Assembly (NCBI GenBank): GCA_015233675.1
Contig: JADFXH010000004.1
Coordinates: 72,492-136,491 of the forward strand
DNA from: Candidatus Omnitrophota bacterium
GTDB lineage: Bacteria; Omnitrophota; Gorgyraeia; Zapsychrales; Fredricksoniimonadaceae
Reading direction: 5' to 3'
Length of the DNA: 64,000 nt
Of this stretch, positions 1 to 9,200 are shown in pieces. A program made the position numbers and the translations under genes. The notes under the pieces are model-generated. The model searched no databases. It was not told the origin of the DNA and worked only from the letters and a program-made list of their open reading frames with translations. Numbering within the stretch: the stretch's first letter is position 1; each line of letters starts with the position of its first letter.

Positions 1-1
1 T

Positions 2-646
2 TCAGCTATTTTCTGGAAAGCTTATATCCACTATGACGGCCGATATAAAGTGATCCCTATGTATGTCACCTTGTCCATGGATGTCGCCGCTGCAGATAAC
101 TGGTGGAAAACAGCCAAAAGCGTCTATAAGCAAAAACAACGCTGGGCCTGGGGAGTGGAAAATTTCCCGATCGTGATGCGGGCTTTTCTAAAATCTAAAA
201 ATATTCCTTTATATGAAAAGCTTCGTCTTGGTTTTAAACTTTTTGAAGGACATATTTCATGGGCCACCTCAGGTTTTATCCTTTCGGTCATCGGCTGGCT
301 TCCGGTTATTTTTGCCCGCCGGGAGTTTGCGGTTTCTGTGGTTTATTACAATGTCCCTGATATCGCCAATACGATCTTTTCCCTTGGTTTTTTTGCAATC
401 TGCGTTACTATTGTCCTTTCCTTATCACTGCTACCCAAAACAAAAATACGGTATCGCTGGCTCATAAAATTAGGCCATGCCTTTGAATGGCTGCTAGTGC
501 CATTTATTTTGATTTTTTTCAGCGCTTTGCCTGCCCTGCACTCCCAAACCCGACTGATGTTAGGTAAATACCTGGAATTTTGGGTGACAGACAAAAGAAG
601 AATCCCGCCAACATCAAGCGGGATTCAGGAAGGGAAGATAACGTGA
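2..646 (+). CDS. Family-2 (processive, cellulose-synthase-like) glycosyltransferase, C-terminal part; 5' end lies outside the window
   Basis: The frame is open from nt 2; the tracked start at 50 is a GTG inside the open frame. It contains the QxxRW signature (KQKQRWAWGVENFP) followed by several hydrophobic helices, as in membrane-integrated GT2 synthases. Confidence 0.6.
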   Translation, partial: SAIFWKAYIHYDGRYKVIPMYVTLSMDVAAADNWWKTAKSVYKQKQRWAWGVENFPIVMRAFLKSKNIPLYEKLRLGFKLFEGHISWATSGFILSVIGWLPVIFARREFAVSVVYYNVPDIANTIFSLGFFAICVTIVLSLSLLPKTKIRYRWLIKLGHAFEWLLVPFILIFFSALPALHSQTRLMLGKYLEFWVTDKRRIPPTSSGIQEGKIT

Positions 647-659
647 CGCTCTTTGGTTC

Positions 660-1055
660 CTAGGCCATAGTCACGGTCTTCTTGGGAGTAGAAACTTTAA
701 CCTTCCAGTGCAAATTGATCCTTAACGTGTGACAGTAGGAGACTAACATCAGTCGGCGACTGTAGTTTACGTAAAAAGATCCCTTCACCCGGAAGAAAAA
801 TTTTTCATCACGGCTGACACTATCAAAAGACTTCTTAATATACACTCGCGGGATTGATTGCGCTTCTTCGCTTTGTGCTTCTGTACCCACATAAATAAAA
901 TTCTTGCGAACATCTGTAACACATTCCTTCTCTTCAGCATGCTCACGCAGGGTTATGACCTTTCCCCTGCCATGTAAAACTGCTGTTGTCTTATGAAGGA
1001 TATCACGCATAGGGATTTCCTTTGTGCCTGCAGGTAACGAATCGTTAAAATCCAT
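660..1055 (-). CDS. Hypothetical protein, no recognisable motif
   Basis: ORF 660..1070. The tracked start is TTG. The ATG at 1055 is preceded by GAGGGAG with 6-nt spacing. No family recognised from the sequence. Confidence 0.35.
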   Translation of the reverse strand: MDFNDSLPAGTKEIPMRDILHKTTAVLHGRGKVITLREHAEEKECVTDVRKNFIYVGTEAQSEEAQSIPRVYIKKSFDSVSRDEKFFFRVKGSFYVNYSRRLMLVSYCHTLRINLHWKVKVSTPKKTVTMA

Positions 1056-1210
1056 TTTTATCTCCCTCAATTTTCTCCGTCCTATGGCCTCTAAATGAAG
1101 TGTAACATGCCTAAAGATGAAAACAAGGGAGTTTGACCTGTTTGGGGAAAACGTTTTCCTGAAATTTCAGCGACGATAATATATAGCGGAAGTCTATTAT
1201 TTACAAAAAT

Positions 1211-1245
1211 TTATAAAAAATCAGATCTTGAAATTGTTAAGATCC
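1211..1245 (-). terminator. Possible weak intrinsic terminator after plsY
   Basis: On the minus strand a 6-7 bp stem (AGATCTT / AAGATC) with a 9-nt loop is followed by GATTTTTTATAAATTTTT. The stem is AT-rich and short. Confidence 0.3.
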
Positions 1246-1265
1246 TTCGGCTATGCCTCAGGATG
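1241..1265 (-). repeat. Copy of the interspersed CATCCTGAG...CGAAGGATC repeat family
   Basis: The minus-strand reading CCATCCTGAGGCATAGCCGAAGGATC matches the copies at 20175, 51832 and 51875 in both end blocks. Confidence 0.6.
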
Positions 1266-1325
1266 GCACCGTCGATTCTCTCTAGCCGCTTCTTAACTCA
1301 TGGCTACCAGAGAAATACAATGGAT

Positions 1326-1961
1326 TTAGGGGTGTTTGTGAAAAGGAAGGGGAACTCGGTTTTCCTGGCCCTTGGCCAGACGTCTAATGTTTGGCCTATG
1401 CCTGAAGACGATAAATACACATAAAATAATGGCCATTACTCTCATAGAAAATGGCGCGTTAAAGACGACCATTAAAACAGGTAAAACAACAGCCGCGGCA
1501 ATAGAAGCAAGGGACACATAACCAAACAAAAGAAAAAGGACAACCCAAGTCAATGTTGCCAGGCCCAAGACTATTCTCAAACCAGACAGCTGAATGGCAA
1601 GCCCTATCAAAACACCAAGGCTTGTTGCCATGCCCTTGCCCCCTTTAAAGCCTAAAAATATTGTCCAATTGTGGCCTGCCACCGCTGCCACAGAGATGAT
1701 GACTAAAGATAAAGCATTCCCCTGCCCAAAAGCATTGGCCAAAAAAGTAACCGGTATAATGCCTTTGATAATATCCAAAATTAAGACTACTGTCCCCGGC
1801 CCTTTGCCCAAAACCCTAAAGGCATTGGTAGCACCCATATTTCCGGAACCATGTTCACGGATATCAATATTCTTAAGCACACGGCCAAAAATATAGGCCA
1901 CCGGTATGGACCCGATCAAATAAGCAAAAAAGGCGCTAATGACCAGAAATAGAAGATTCAT
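1326..1961 (-). CDS. plsY: Glycerol-3-phosphate acyltransferase PlsY
   Basis: 211-aa polytopic membrane protein with GSGNMGATNAFRVLG and the other PlsY blocks. The ATG start overlaps the pgsA end by 26 nt. Confidence 0.9.
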   Translation of the reverse strand: MNLLFLVISAFFAYLIGSIPVAYIFGRVLKNIDIREHGSGNMGATNAFRVLGKGPGTVVLILDIIKGIIPVTFLANAFGQGNALSLVIISVAAVAGHNWTIFLGFKGGKGMATSLGVLIGLAIQLSGLRIVLGLATLTWVVLFLLFGYVSLASIAAAVVLPVLMVVFNAPFSMRVMAIILCVFIVFRHRPNIRRLAKGQENRVPLPFHKHP

Positions 1962-2505
1962 TGAGAGCTTTTATCCCTTCCTTTATATAAATAACACCGG
2001 AAACAAACGTGACGACTAATGCCACATACCAGAACACAAAAGTAAACTTCAGCTGCAATAAGACCCCTAGCACGCATATAATTTGTAAAAACGCGGTGAA
2101 TTTACCCGAACGATTAGCTTCAATATCCAATTTCCCCGTAGTCAGCTGAATGATCACAGAACCCAGCAATAATATAAAATCCCTGCTGATGATAGCCACC
2201 ACAAACCATAAAGGAAAATGGATGGCCCCAAAACATCCCCGCTTGATATAGAGGCAAATAAATGCGCTCATCAAAAGCATTTTGTCCGCCAGAGGATCGA
2301 GAATAGCACCCGCTTTTGTTTTCTGGCCTCGGGTCCTGGCAATATACCCATCGATAACATCTGAAATGATTGCGACCAGAAATAGCCCTAAAGAAACCCA
2401 GCGAAAATATTCATGTTGAGGTGAAATGTACATGACCGCTGCGATGAAAAAAGGAACGATTAAAATACGACCGACAGTAACCTTATTTGCAAAAGTTAAA
2501 GCCAT
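1936..2505 (-). CDS. pgsA: CDP-alcohol phosphatidyltransferase (PgsA-like)
   Basis: Carries the signature D-x2-DG-x2-AR-x8-G-x3-D-x3-D (DVIDGYIARTRGQKTKAGAILDPLADK) in a multi-helix membrane protein of about 190 aa. Confidence 0.85.
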   Translation of the reverse strand: MALTFANKVTVGRILIVPFFIAAVMYISPQHEYFRWVSLGLFLVAIISDVIDGYIARTRGQKTKAGAILDPLADKMLLMSAFICLYIKRGCFGAIHFPLWFVVAIISRDFILLLGSVIIQLTTGKLDIEANRSGKFTAFLQIICVLGVLLQLKFTFVFWYVALVVTFVSGVIYIKEGIKALNESSISGH

Positions 2506-2506
2506 A

Positions 2507-2863
2507 TTATTCTACCCATTCTAATTTAACATGATGGATCGGACAAGTATCCACATCAGCGCTGAAACGCTGTCCGTCTACCGGACAATATTTAACCGTA
2601 TGCTGTGCGCTTAAAGCCGTATTGATCGAACGGATGGCAGATTGCGCCTGAGGGTCCTTCGCAACCCGTGCCGCCAAATTCTTTAATTTTGTTTCATTTA
2701 TTGGTTGATTCGTCAGTCCCTTTGTCATCGTCGTCAATGCCGAAATCTCTTCTGTCCGGGCCGCCTTGGAGGTATGCGGCGCTGTTTGGCATCCACCAAG
2801 GTAAATAATGAATGCGAAAAGGCCCCATGTCTTCGCAATCGCAACTTTCTTTTCAAGCGTCAT
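2507..2863 (-). CDS. Hypothetical lipoprotein with a C-terminal Cys/His cluster
   Basis: The ATG at 2863 forms an ATGA overlap with the lepB stop. Signal peptide with lipobox (IYLGG|C). C-terminal CPVDG...CPIHH resembles a small zinc-binding knuckle. Confidence 0.5.
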   Translation of the reverse strand: MTLEKKVAIAKTWGLFAFIIYLGGCQTAPHTSKAARTEEISALTTMTKGLTNQPINETKLKNLAARVAKDPQAQSAIRSINTALSAQHTVKYCPVDGQRFSADVDTCPIHHVKLEWVE

Positions 2864-3528
2864 TGTATAATACGGATACGATCTAACGGCCAAAAAATAA
2901 TATCCGCCTTACCAATAATATTTTCTTCAGGGACAAACCCCCAGTAACGGCTGTCATAGCTGGAGCCGCTGTTATCACCCATCACAAAACAATAGCCTGG
3001 AGGCACATGCACTGTTTGGCCTTCAGCACCGTAATCCCCGCGGTTATAGTAATAGACGCGTTTGATGCGGGTATCGGTAATTTCCTTGCCGTCAATATAA
3101 ATGGCCCCGTTTTTAATCTCAACGGTTTCACCACCCACCGCGATAAGCCGCTTGATAAAATCTTTGGTCGGGTCAACCGGATAAACAAAAACAACAATGT
3201 CCCCGCGTTGAGGTTTTCTAAACCCGGAAATACGCATTTTTGTCAGCGGCAGTAAAGCATCGGGCCATCTAATCGACAATAGAGGACTCCCCTCTTTAAA
3301 CCCGATATCCCAGAACATGGGAGGTAAAACCTGCGGGCCAAAAGTCCATTTATCAACAAAAAGATGGTCCCCTTCAACGAGTGTCATGCGCATGGAACCG
3401 CTGGGAATCTTAAAAGGCTGGACAAAATAACTGCGAATAAACGTCGCCAGAAGTAGGGCAATAAGAATAGATTCAACCCATTCACGCGTTGCTGATTTTG
3501 GTTTTTTATTATTTGGGTTGTTTGCCAT
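2860..3528 (-). CDS. lepB: Signal peptidase I
   Basis: Catalytic Ser box PSGSMRMTL, Lys box KRLIAVGGE, and GDNSGSSYDSRYWG. The tracked start at 3564 is TTG; the ATG at 3528 sits before the TM helix. Confidence 0.9.
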   Translation of the reverse strand: MANNPNNKKPKSATREWVESILIALLLATFIRSYFVQPFKIPSGSMRMTLVEGDHLFVDKWTFGPQVLPPMFWDIGFKEGSPLLSIRWPDALLPLTKMRISGFRKPQRGDIVVFVYPVDPTKDFIKRLIAVGGETVEIKNGAIYIDGKEITDTRIKRVYYYNRGDYGAEGQTVHVPPGYCFVMGDNSGSSYDSRYWGFVPEENIIGKADIIFWPLDRIRIIQ

Positions 3529-3621
3529 AACTCTCTTTCTGTCGATGTTATTGGGCTGAGACAATATCCGCCCCTACGAACAATGTGGTGGAAGGCCGAT
3601 CTTGTATCGGCCCCATAAATA

Positions 3622-5415
3622 TTAAATCTTTAACGCGGCCAAGAACGCCTCTTGCGGCACTTCCACACGGCCGATTTGTTTAAGTTTCTTTTTGCCTTCC
3701 TTTTGTTTTTCCCATAATTTGCGCTTGCGGCTAATGTCCCCTCCATAACACTTGGCCGTAACATTCTTACCGGCTGGCTTGACACGGGCAGATGAGATGA
3801 TGCGCCCATCGGTCTGGGCTTGAATACGGACCTCAAACAATTGCTGAGGAATGAGTTCCTTGAGTTTAGTGACCAGCCCCAGCCCCTTGTCATACGCACG
3901 GTCTTTATGAACCATGCACGAGAAAGCGTCACAAGGTTCATCATTAATCAATATGTCCAGACGAGTTATTTGGGCAGGGGCGTAATTCTTAAATTCATAA
4001 TCAATGGACCCATATCCGCGGGTGGCCGATTTTATCAGATCATTAAAATCCACAATTACTTCGGATAGAGGGATATCAAAAAGGATTTTCATACGGTCGC
4101 CGATAAATTCACTTTTTTGAAAAAGCCCTCGTTTGCGTTTGGCTAATTCCATTACAGCATCCATATAAGTTACCGGCGTAAAAATAGATACGGCCAAGAC
4201 CGGCTCTTCGATACGGGCGACCTCAGAGCCATTAGGCAAATCCGAAGGATTTTCCAAATCCATCACAGATCCGTCGCGCTTGATAATTTTATAACCGACA
4301 TTGGGGGTAGTTAAAATCAAATTCAAATCATATTCGCGTTCCAGACGCTCCTGAACGATCTCCATATGCAAAAGGCCCAAAAACCCGCAGCGAAATCCGT
4401 ACCCAAAAGACTGGGACGTTTCATGCTCATAAACAAAGCTGGGATCTGAAAGACGCAATTTGTCAATGGCTTCGCGTAAAGGCGCATAATCTCCGGCATT
4501 GACCGGATAAACCCCGCAAAAAACCAGCGGTTTAAGTTGTCGATAACCTTCTAAAGGCAGGGCTGTGGGACGGGCTAACTCCGTCATAGTATCCCCAACC
4601 CTCACTTCTTTGGGGTCATGCAAGTTGCAGGTGATGTAACCGACCTCTCCGGCAGAAAGCCCCTTGACAGGTTGGACGCCGGGGGCAAAAATGCCCACTT
4701 CCTGAACATCAAAATCTTTACCCACGTTCATAAAACGGATACGTACTCCGGGCTTAATAGCGCCCTCAAATATACGAACATAAATGATGATGCCCTTGTA
4801 GATATCATACTTCATGTCAAATACCAAGGCTTTCAGGGGCGCCCCTGGATCCCCTTCGGGAGGCGGAATAAACTTCACTATTTTCTCAAACAGCTCACCG
4901 ACATTTAAACCTTCTTTGGCTGAAACCAGCTGAATGTCTTCCGGTTTGAACTTGAGAATTTCTGTAAATTGCCGTTTAGCCTCATCAATATCCGCATTGG
5001 CAATATCGATCTTGTTGATCACAGGCAGAATTTCCAGGTTATTGTCAATGGCCAGATAATAATTGGCAATGGTCTGCGACTCCACTCCCTGGGTAACATC
5101 AATCAAAAGCAAGGCCCCCTCGCAGGCACGCAGGGACTTTTCAACTTCATAAGAAAAGTCCACGTGACCCGGAGTATCAATAAGATTGAAAATATATTCC
5201 TTCCCATCTTGGGATTTATAATTCAGACGTACGGCTGAAGCTTTGATGGTAATACCGCGCTCACGCTCAAGATCCATATCATCAAGCATCTGATTATGGA
5301 ACTTACGCTCATCTATCGCTCCCGCGAACAATAAAAACCTGTCCGCCAGAGTGGATTTGCCGTGGTCAATATGGGCGATGATGGAAAAATTGCGGATATT
5401 GGCGTGCTTACTCAT
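3622..5415 (-). CDS. lepA: Translation elongation factor 4 (LepA)
   Basis: 597 aa. G-domain motifs AHIDHGKST, DTPGH and NKID, plus the LepA-specific C-terminal domain. Classic lepA-lepB synteny. Confidence 0.97.
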   Translation of the reverse strand: MSKHANIRNFSIIAHIDHGKSTLADRFLLFAGAIDERKFHNQMLDDMDLERERGITIKASAVRLNYKSQDGKEYIFNLIDTPGHVDFSYEVEKSLRACEGALLLIDVTQGVESQTIANYYLAIDNNLEILPVINKIDIANADIDEAKRQFTEILKFKPEDIQLVSAKEGLNVGELFEKIVKFIPPPEGDPGAPLKALVFDMKYDIYKGIIIYVRIFEGAIKPGVRIRFMNVGKDFDVQEVGIFAPGVQPVKGLSAGEVGYITCNLHDPKEVRVGDTMTELARPTALPLEGYRQLKPLVFCGVYPVNAGDYAPLREAIDKLRLSDPSFVYEHETSQSFGYGFRCGFLGLLHMEIVQERLEREYDLNLILTTPNVGYKIIKRDGSVMDLENPSDLPNGSEVARIEEPVLAVSIFTPVTYMDAVMELAKRKRGLFQKSEFIGDRMKILFDIPLSEVIVDFNDLIKSATRGYGSIDYEFKNYAPAQITRLDILINDEPCDAFSCMVHKDRAYDKGLGLVTKLKELIPQQLFEVRIQAQTDGRIISSARVKPAGKNVTAKCYGGDISRKRKLWEKQKEGKKKLKQIGRVEVPQEAFLAALKI

Positions 5416-6083
5416 AGCTGGATCAATTTCATGATTTTATCAACTACTCCCTGCGCTGTTAAACTCGTGGAATCAATGAGTATGGCATCCGGAGCTCTTT
5501 TCAAAGGGCCGACCGACCGGGTTAGATCTTTTTGGTCACGCTCTTTCATATCAACGCGCAGTTGATCCAAATTAATGCCTTTGCCCGCCGCGGTCAACTC
5601 TTTATAACGGCGCTCTACGCGTTCTTCCAGATCAGCATCCAGATAAAATTTATAACGGGCATCTTTAAAAACCACCGTCCCTTGGTCGCGTCCATCCGTG
5701 ACTATGGAGCGGCTTGTACCGATGGCTCTTTGCCATCCCACCATCAATGTCCTCACTCCCGGCGTTCTGGCGGCATAATACGTATTATTAGTCACCTCCA
5801 GGGCGCGGATGGCAACAGATACATCTTCACCGTCTAAAGTAATATTCAAAGACCCCTCAGGCATCTCTTTAAAGTTGATTTTGGTATTGCGCGCAAGAAC
5901 AGTCAAGGCTTCTTCGTCGGATAAATCCATTTTTAAACGCAGGGCTTTTAATGTCAAAGCTCGGTACATGGCTCCGGTATCAAGATAGGATATCCCAAGC
6001 CTTATAGCTAAGGCCTTGGCTACCGTGCTTTTACCGGCACCCGCAGGGCCGTCTAAGGTAATGACTAAATGTTCAGCCGGCAT
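5412..6083 (-). CDS. cmk: Cytidylate kinase
   Basis: P-loop DGPAGAGKSTVAK followed by LDTGAMYRA, typical of Cmk. ATGA overlap with the lepA start. Confidence 0.9.
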   Translation of the reverse strand: MPAEHLVITLDGPAGAGKSTVAKALAIRLGISYLDTGAMYRALTLKALRLKMDLSDEEALTVLARNTKINFKEMPEGSLNITLDGEDVSVAIRALEVTNNTYYAARTPGVRTLMVGWQRAIGTSRSIVTDGRDQGTVVFKDARYKFYLDADLEERVERRYKELTAAGKGINLDQLRVDMKERDQKDLTRSVGPLKRAPDAILIDSTSLTAQGVVDKIMKLIQL

Positions 6084-6942
6084 GACTTTTATCCAATCGT
6101 TCGCGTTTGTCCTTGGATTGTTTAAGGATGTCCGTCAGCGCTTCTGCATCTCGGGCCACAATGGCTTTTCGTATCACAGCTAAAACTTTCACAGCTTCAT
6201 CCAAAGCTTTAAGAATTGGCTTATGATTGGATAACGCAATGTCCTTCCAGACCTGAGGATCAGAGGCCGCGATCCTGGTCGTATCTTTTAGACCTTGGGT
6301 GGCGTGATCCAGATAATTATCCGGCAGGGCTTTCATTATCGCAAATGCCATTAAATGCGGCACATGACTAATATATGCTAAAACCTGGTCATGCTCCTGG
6401 GGCGTCATAAACTTTACTGATGAGCCTAATTGCGTCCAGAACTGTTTAATTTTCTCCTTGGCCAAACGATTGGTTTTATCCGTGGGGGTCATCACGCATG
6501 ATCCCCCTTCATAAAGCTGAGCGTTAGCATAGAGAGCCCCTTTTTTCTCGGAACCAACCAATGGATGGGAACCTACAAACAAAAGAGAATGGTGCAATAC
6601 CTTTTCAGCCCTCTCGACAATAGCGGCCTTGGTGCTGCCTAAATCCGTAATGATGCACCCGCGCCTGTGTTCTTTCCCTAAAATTTCGATGATATCTAAA
6701 ATCGTATTCACCGGAGTGGCTAGCACAATTAAATCTGCGCCGATGATCCCTTTATTAAAATCTATCGTCCCTTCATCAATAGCCCCCAGCTTCTTAGCCT
6801 CATTTAAAGCAGTTTCCTGACGGCCGATACCAATCACCTCACGGGCCAGTCCTTTTTTCTTAATTGCCAATCCCAAGGAGGCTCCCATAAAACCAACACC
6901 AACGATCGCAACCCTTCTAAAAAGCTCTTTTCGATTAAACAT
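6073..6942 (-). CDS. tyrA: Prephenate/arogenate dehydrogenase
   Basis: N-terminal Rossmann motif VAIVGVGFMGASLG and the HP(L/M)xGSE block (SHPLVGSE). Lies inside an aromatic amino-acid gene cluster. Confidence 0.8.
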   Translation of the reverse strand: MFNRKELFRRVAIVGVGFMGASLGLAIKKKGLAREVIGIGRQETALNEAKKLGAIDEGTIDFNKGIIGADLIVLATPVNTILDIIEILGKEHRRGCIITDLGSTKAAIVERAEKVLHHSLLFVGSHPLVGSEKKGALYANAQLYEGGSCVMTPTDKTNRLAKEKIKQFWTQLGSSVKFMTPQEHDQVLAYISHVPHLMAFAIMKALPDNYLDHATQGLKDTTRIAASDPQVWKDIALSNHKPILKALDEAVKVLAVIRKAIVARDAEALTDILKQSKDKRERLDKSHAG

Positions 6943-6951
6943 AGATCCCCT

Positions 6952-7968
6952 TTAAAAATCCCTGTCAACCGCTTGAGCCACGCGTTTGCAAGAGACCATT
7001 AATTCCTGAAATTTATCCGGCATCAGTGACTGAGCCCCGTCAGACAAAGCTTCTTCGGGGTTATCATGAACCTCAACCATTAAAGCGTCACAGCCGGCGG
7101 CAATACCGGCACGGGCCCCTGCGGCCACATACTCCCAAGAACCCGTCCCATGGCTTGGATCCACTACCACCGGCAAATGACTCAGACGTTTGGCAACAGC
7201 TACAGCATTGATGTCGAGCGTATTGCGTGTAGCAGTTTCAAAAGTACGAATACCGCGCTCGCAAAGCATAACATCAAAATTGCCGTTGGCTAAAAGATAC
7301 TCGGCAGACATCAGCCACTCTTTGACGGTCCCGCTCATGCCGCGCTTGAGCATCACGGGTTTTTTAATCATCCCGACTTCCTTCAATAAAGCAAAATTCT
7401 GCATATTGCGCGCCCCGATTTGTAAAATATCGACGTATTTGGCCAAAAGCTCAACCTGGCGGGTATCCATGACTTCAGAAATCGTACATATGCCCACTTC
7501 TTTCCCCACCGCCTGCAGGATCTTCAAACCTTCCTCACCCAAACCTTGAAAATCATACGGAGAGGTGCGCGGCTTAAAAGCTCCCCCACGCAAAATATTG
7601 CCCCCCAAGGCCTTGACCATTTTGGCAATGGAAAGCATCCCTTCAAAATTCTCGACCGAGCAGGGTCCTGCCATCACCGCAATCTTGCTTGCGCCAACAG
7701 TTGTATTATAGGGAAGCTTAATGACAGTATTTTCTTTCTTGAATTCGCGGGAAACTAATCTATACGGAGCTAAAACCTGAAGGACCTGATCAACACCGGG
7801 GAAAACTTCCAGAGGAATGACACGCAAGGCATCTTCAGGGCCGATAAAACCGATCACCGTACGCTCCACCCCACGCGAAATATTGGCCTTAAGCCCCAGC
7901 TTACCCGCGCGTTCGACAATATGTTGAATATTAGCCTCTGTAGCATCAGGGCGTAAAATAACGATCAT
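6952..7968 (-). CDS. aroF: 3-deoxy-7-phosphoheptulonate (DAHP) synthase, type I-beta, with an N-terminal ferredoxin-like regulatory domain
   Basis: KdsA/AroA(Q)-type barrel blocks GPCSVE, KPRTSPY, QIGARN, KRG and DPSH. The ATG at 7968 forms an ATGA overlap with the hisC stop; the 28 codons upstream in the tracked ORF are probably not translated. Confidence 0.85.
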   Translation of the reverse strand: MIVILRPDATEANIQHIVERAGKLGLKANISRGVERTVIGFIGPEDALRVIPLEVFPGVDQVLQVLAPYRLVSREFKKENTVIKLPYNTTVGASKIAVMAGPCSVENFEGMLSIAKMVKALGGNILRGGAFKPRTSPYDFQGLGEEGLKILQAVGKEVGICTISEVMDTRQVELLAKYVDILQIGARNMQNFALLKEVGMIKKPVMLKRGMSGTVKEWLMSAEYLLANGNFDVMLCERGIRTFETATRNTLDINAVAVAKRLSHLPVVVDPSHGTGSWEYVAAGARAGIAAGCDALMVEVHDNPEEALSDGAQSLMPDKFQELMVSCKRVAQAVDRDF

Positions 7969-9047
7969 AGTATTTCTCCCAAAGTTTTTATAAAACGCTT
8001 GTTTTCCGGCGCGCTTCCGATGGAAACACGTATGTATCCTTTTAAACCCCACACGGCCATGTCACGGACAATGACTCCTTTTTTAAGCAGGGCGCCTGCC
8101 GCCTGGCTGCTATCGCCCCTCACATGGATCAATATGAAATTCGTGGAACTTTCTTCATAGGAAATATCCATGCCTTTAAGAGAACGGTAAAGATACTGCT
8201 TTTGTTCGTGCACATCTTTAACAATATTACGGTAATACGCTTCGTCGCCTAAAACCGCCACGGCCGCGGCCTGGGCCATGCTGTTGACATTAAAAGGCTC
8301 ACGTAAACGATTTAGGATATCAATAATTTCCCGGCTGGCTATCCCGTAACCGATGCGCAGCCCTGCTAACCCGTAAATTTTTGAGAATGTACGGGTTGTC
8401 ATCACATTGGAATATTTTTTCATCAAGGCTAAAGTATCAGGATAATCTTTTGCCTGAACGTATTCAAAATAAGCCTCGTCAAAAAATACTAAAGCGCTTT
8501 TGGGAACACAACGCATGAAATCCTCAACCTGACGAGCCGTGATATATGTCCCGGCCGGATTATCAGGGTTACCGATAAATATTATCTTAGTACGCGCATT
8601 GATCTTGGCTTTCATCGCTTGAAGATCATAACGAAAATTCTTCAATGGCACCTGGCGCAAACGGGCGCCGGACAAAGTTGACGCTATCTCATAAATCAAA
8701 AACGAGGGCTTGGCGATAATGACCTCATCTTGTTTGGTGACAAAAGCTTTTACCGCTAAAACAATAATCTCGTCTGAGCCGTTCCCGAGGATCAACTGGT
8801 CCTCATCGATGTTAAGCTTCTTGGCCAAGATACGGCGCAGCAAGAAACATCCGCCATCGGGGTAACGGTTAACTTCCAAAGCCGCTTTAGCCATGGCTGT
8901 CAACACCTTAGGCGAAGGCGGATACGGATTCTCATTAGAGGCCAATTTTACGACAGTTTTTAAACCAAGCTCGCGCTTAACCTCGTCAATGGGCTTGCCC
9001 GGAACATAAGGTTTAATCTTGAAAATATATGGATTTGCTGCCCGCAT
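7965..9047 (-). CDS. hisC: Histidinol-phosphate / aromatic aminotransferase (class II)
   Basis: 360 aa. Blocks LASNENP, NPDNPAG and the PLP-lysine block TFSKIYGLAGLRIGY. Confidence 0.85.
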   Translation of the reverse strand: MRAANPYIFKIKPYVPGKPIDEVKRELGLKTVVKLASNENPYPPSPKVLTAMAKAALEVNRYPDGGCFLLRRILAKKLNIDEDQLILGNGSDEIIVLAVKAFVTKQDEVIIAKPSFLIYEIASTLSGARLRQVPLKNFRYDLQAMKAKINARTKIIFIGNPDNPAGTYITARQVEDFMRCVPKSALVFFDEAYFEYVQAKDYPDTLALMKKYSNVMTTRTFSKIYGLAGLRIGYGIASREIIDILNRLREPFNVNSMAQAAAVAVLGDEAYYRNIVKDVHEQKQYLYRSLKGMDISYEESSTNFILIHVRGDSSQAAGALLKKGVIVRDMAVWGLKGYIRVSIGSAPENKRFIKTLGEIL

Positions 9048-9102
9048 AAGTTTTTCTCTTTATTTTAATTAGCTTGCACCCTATTGGGGATTAAGACAGA
9101 GC

Positions 9103-9131
9103 ATTATAAAGGCGGGTGGGGAGAATGTCAA
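9103..9131 (-). promoter_or_regulatory. Consensus sigma-70 type promoter upstream of hisC
   Basis: Minus strand reads TTGACA (9131-9126), an exact 17-nt spacer, then TATAAT (9108-9103), about 55 nt upstream of the hisC ATG. Confidence 0.65.
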
Positions 9132-9200
9132 TCGCAGAGCGAAAATGGACAATTTATGGAAGATTAAGCTGTTAAAATAATAAACACTACTGATAATATT

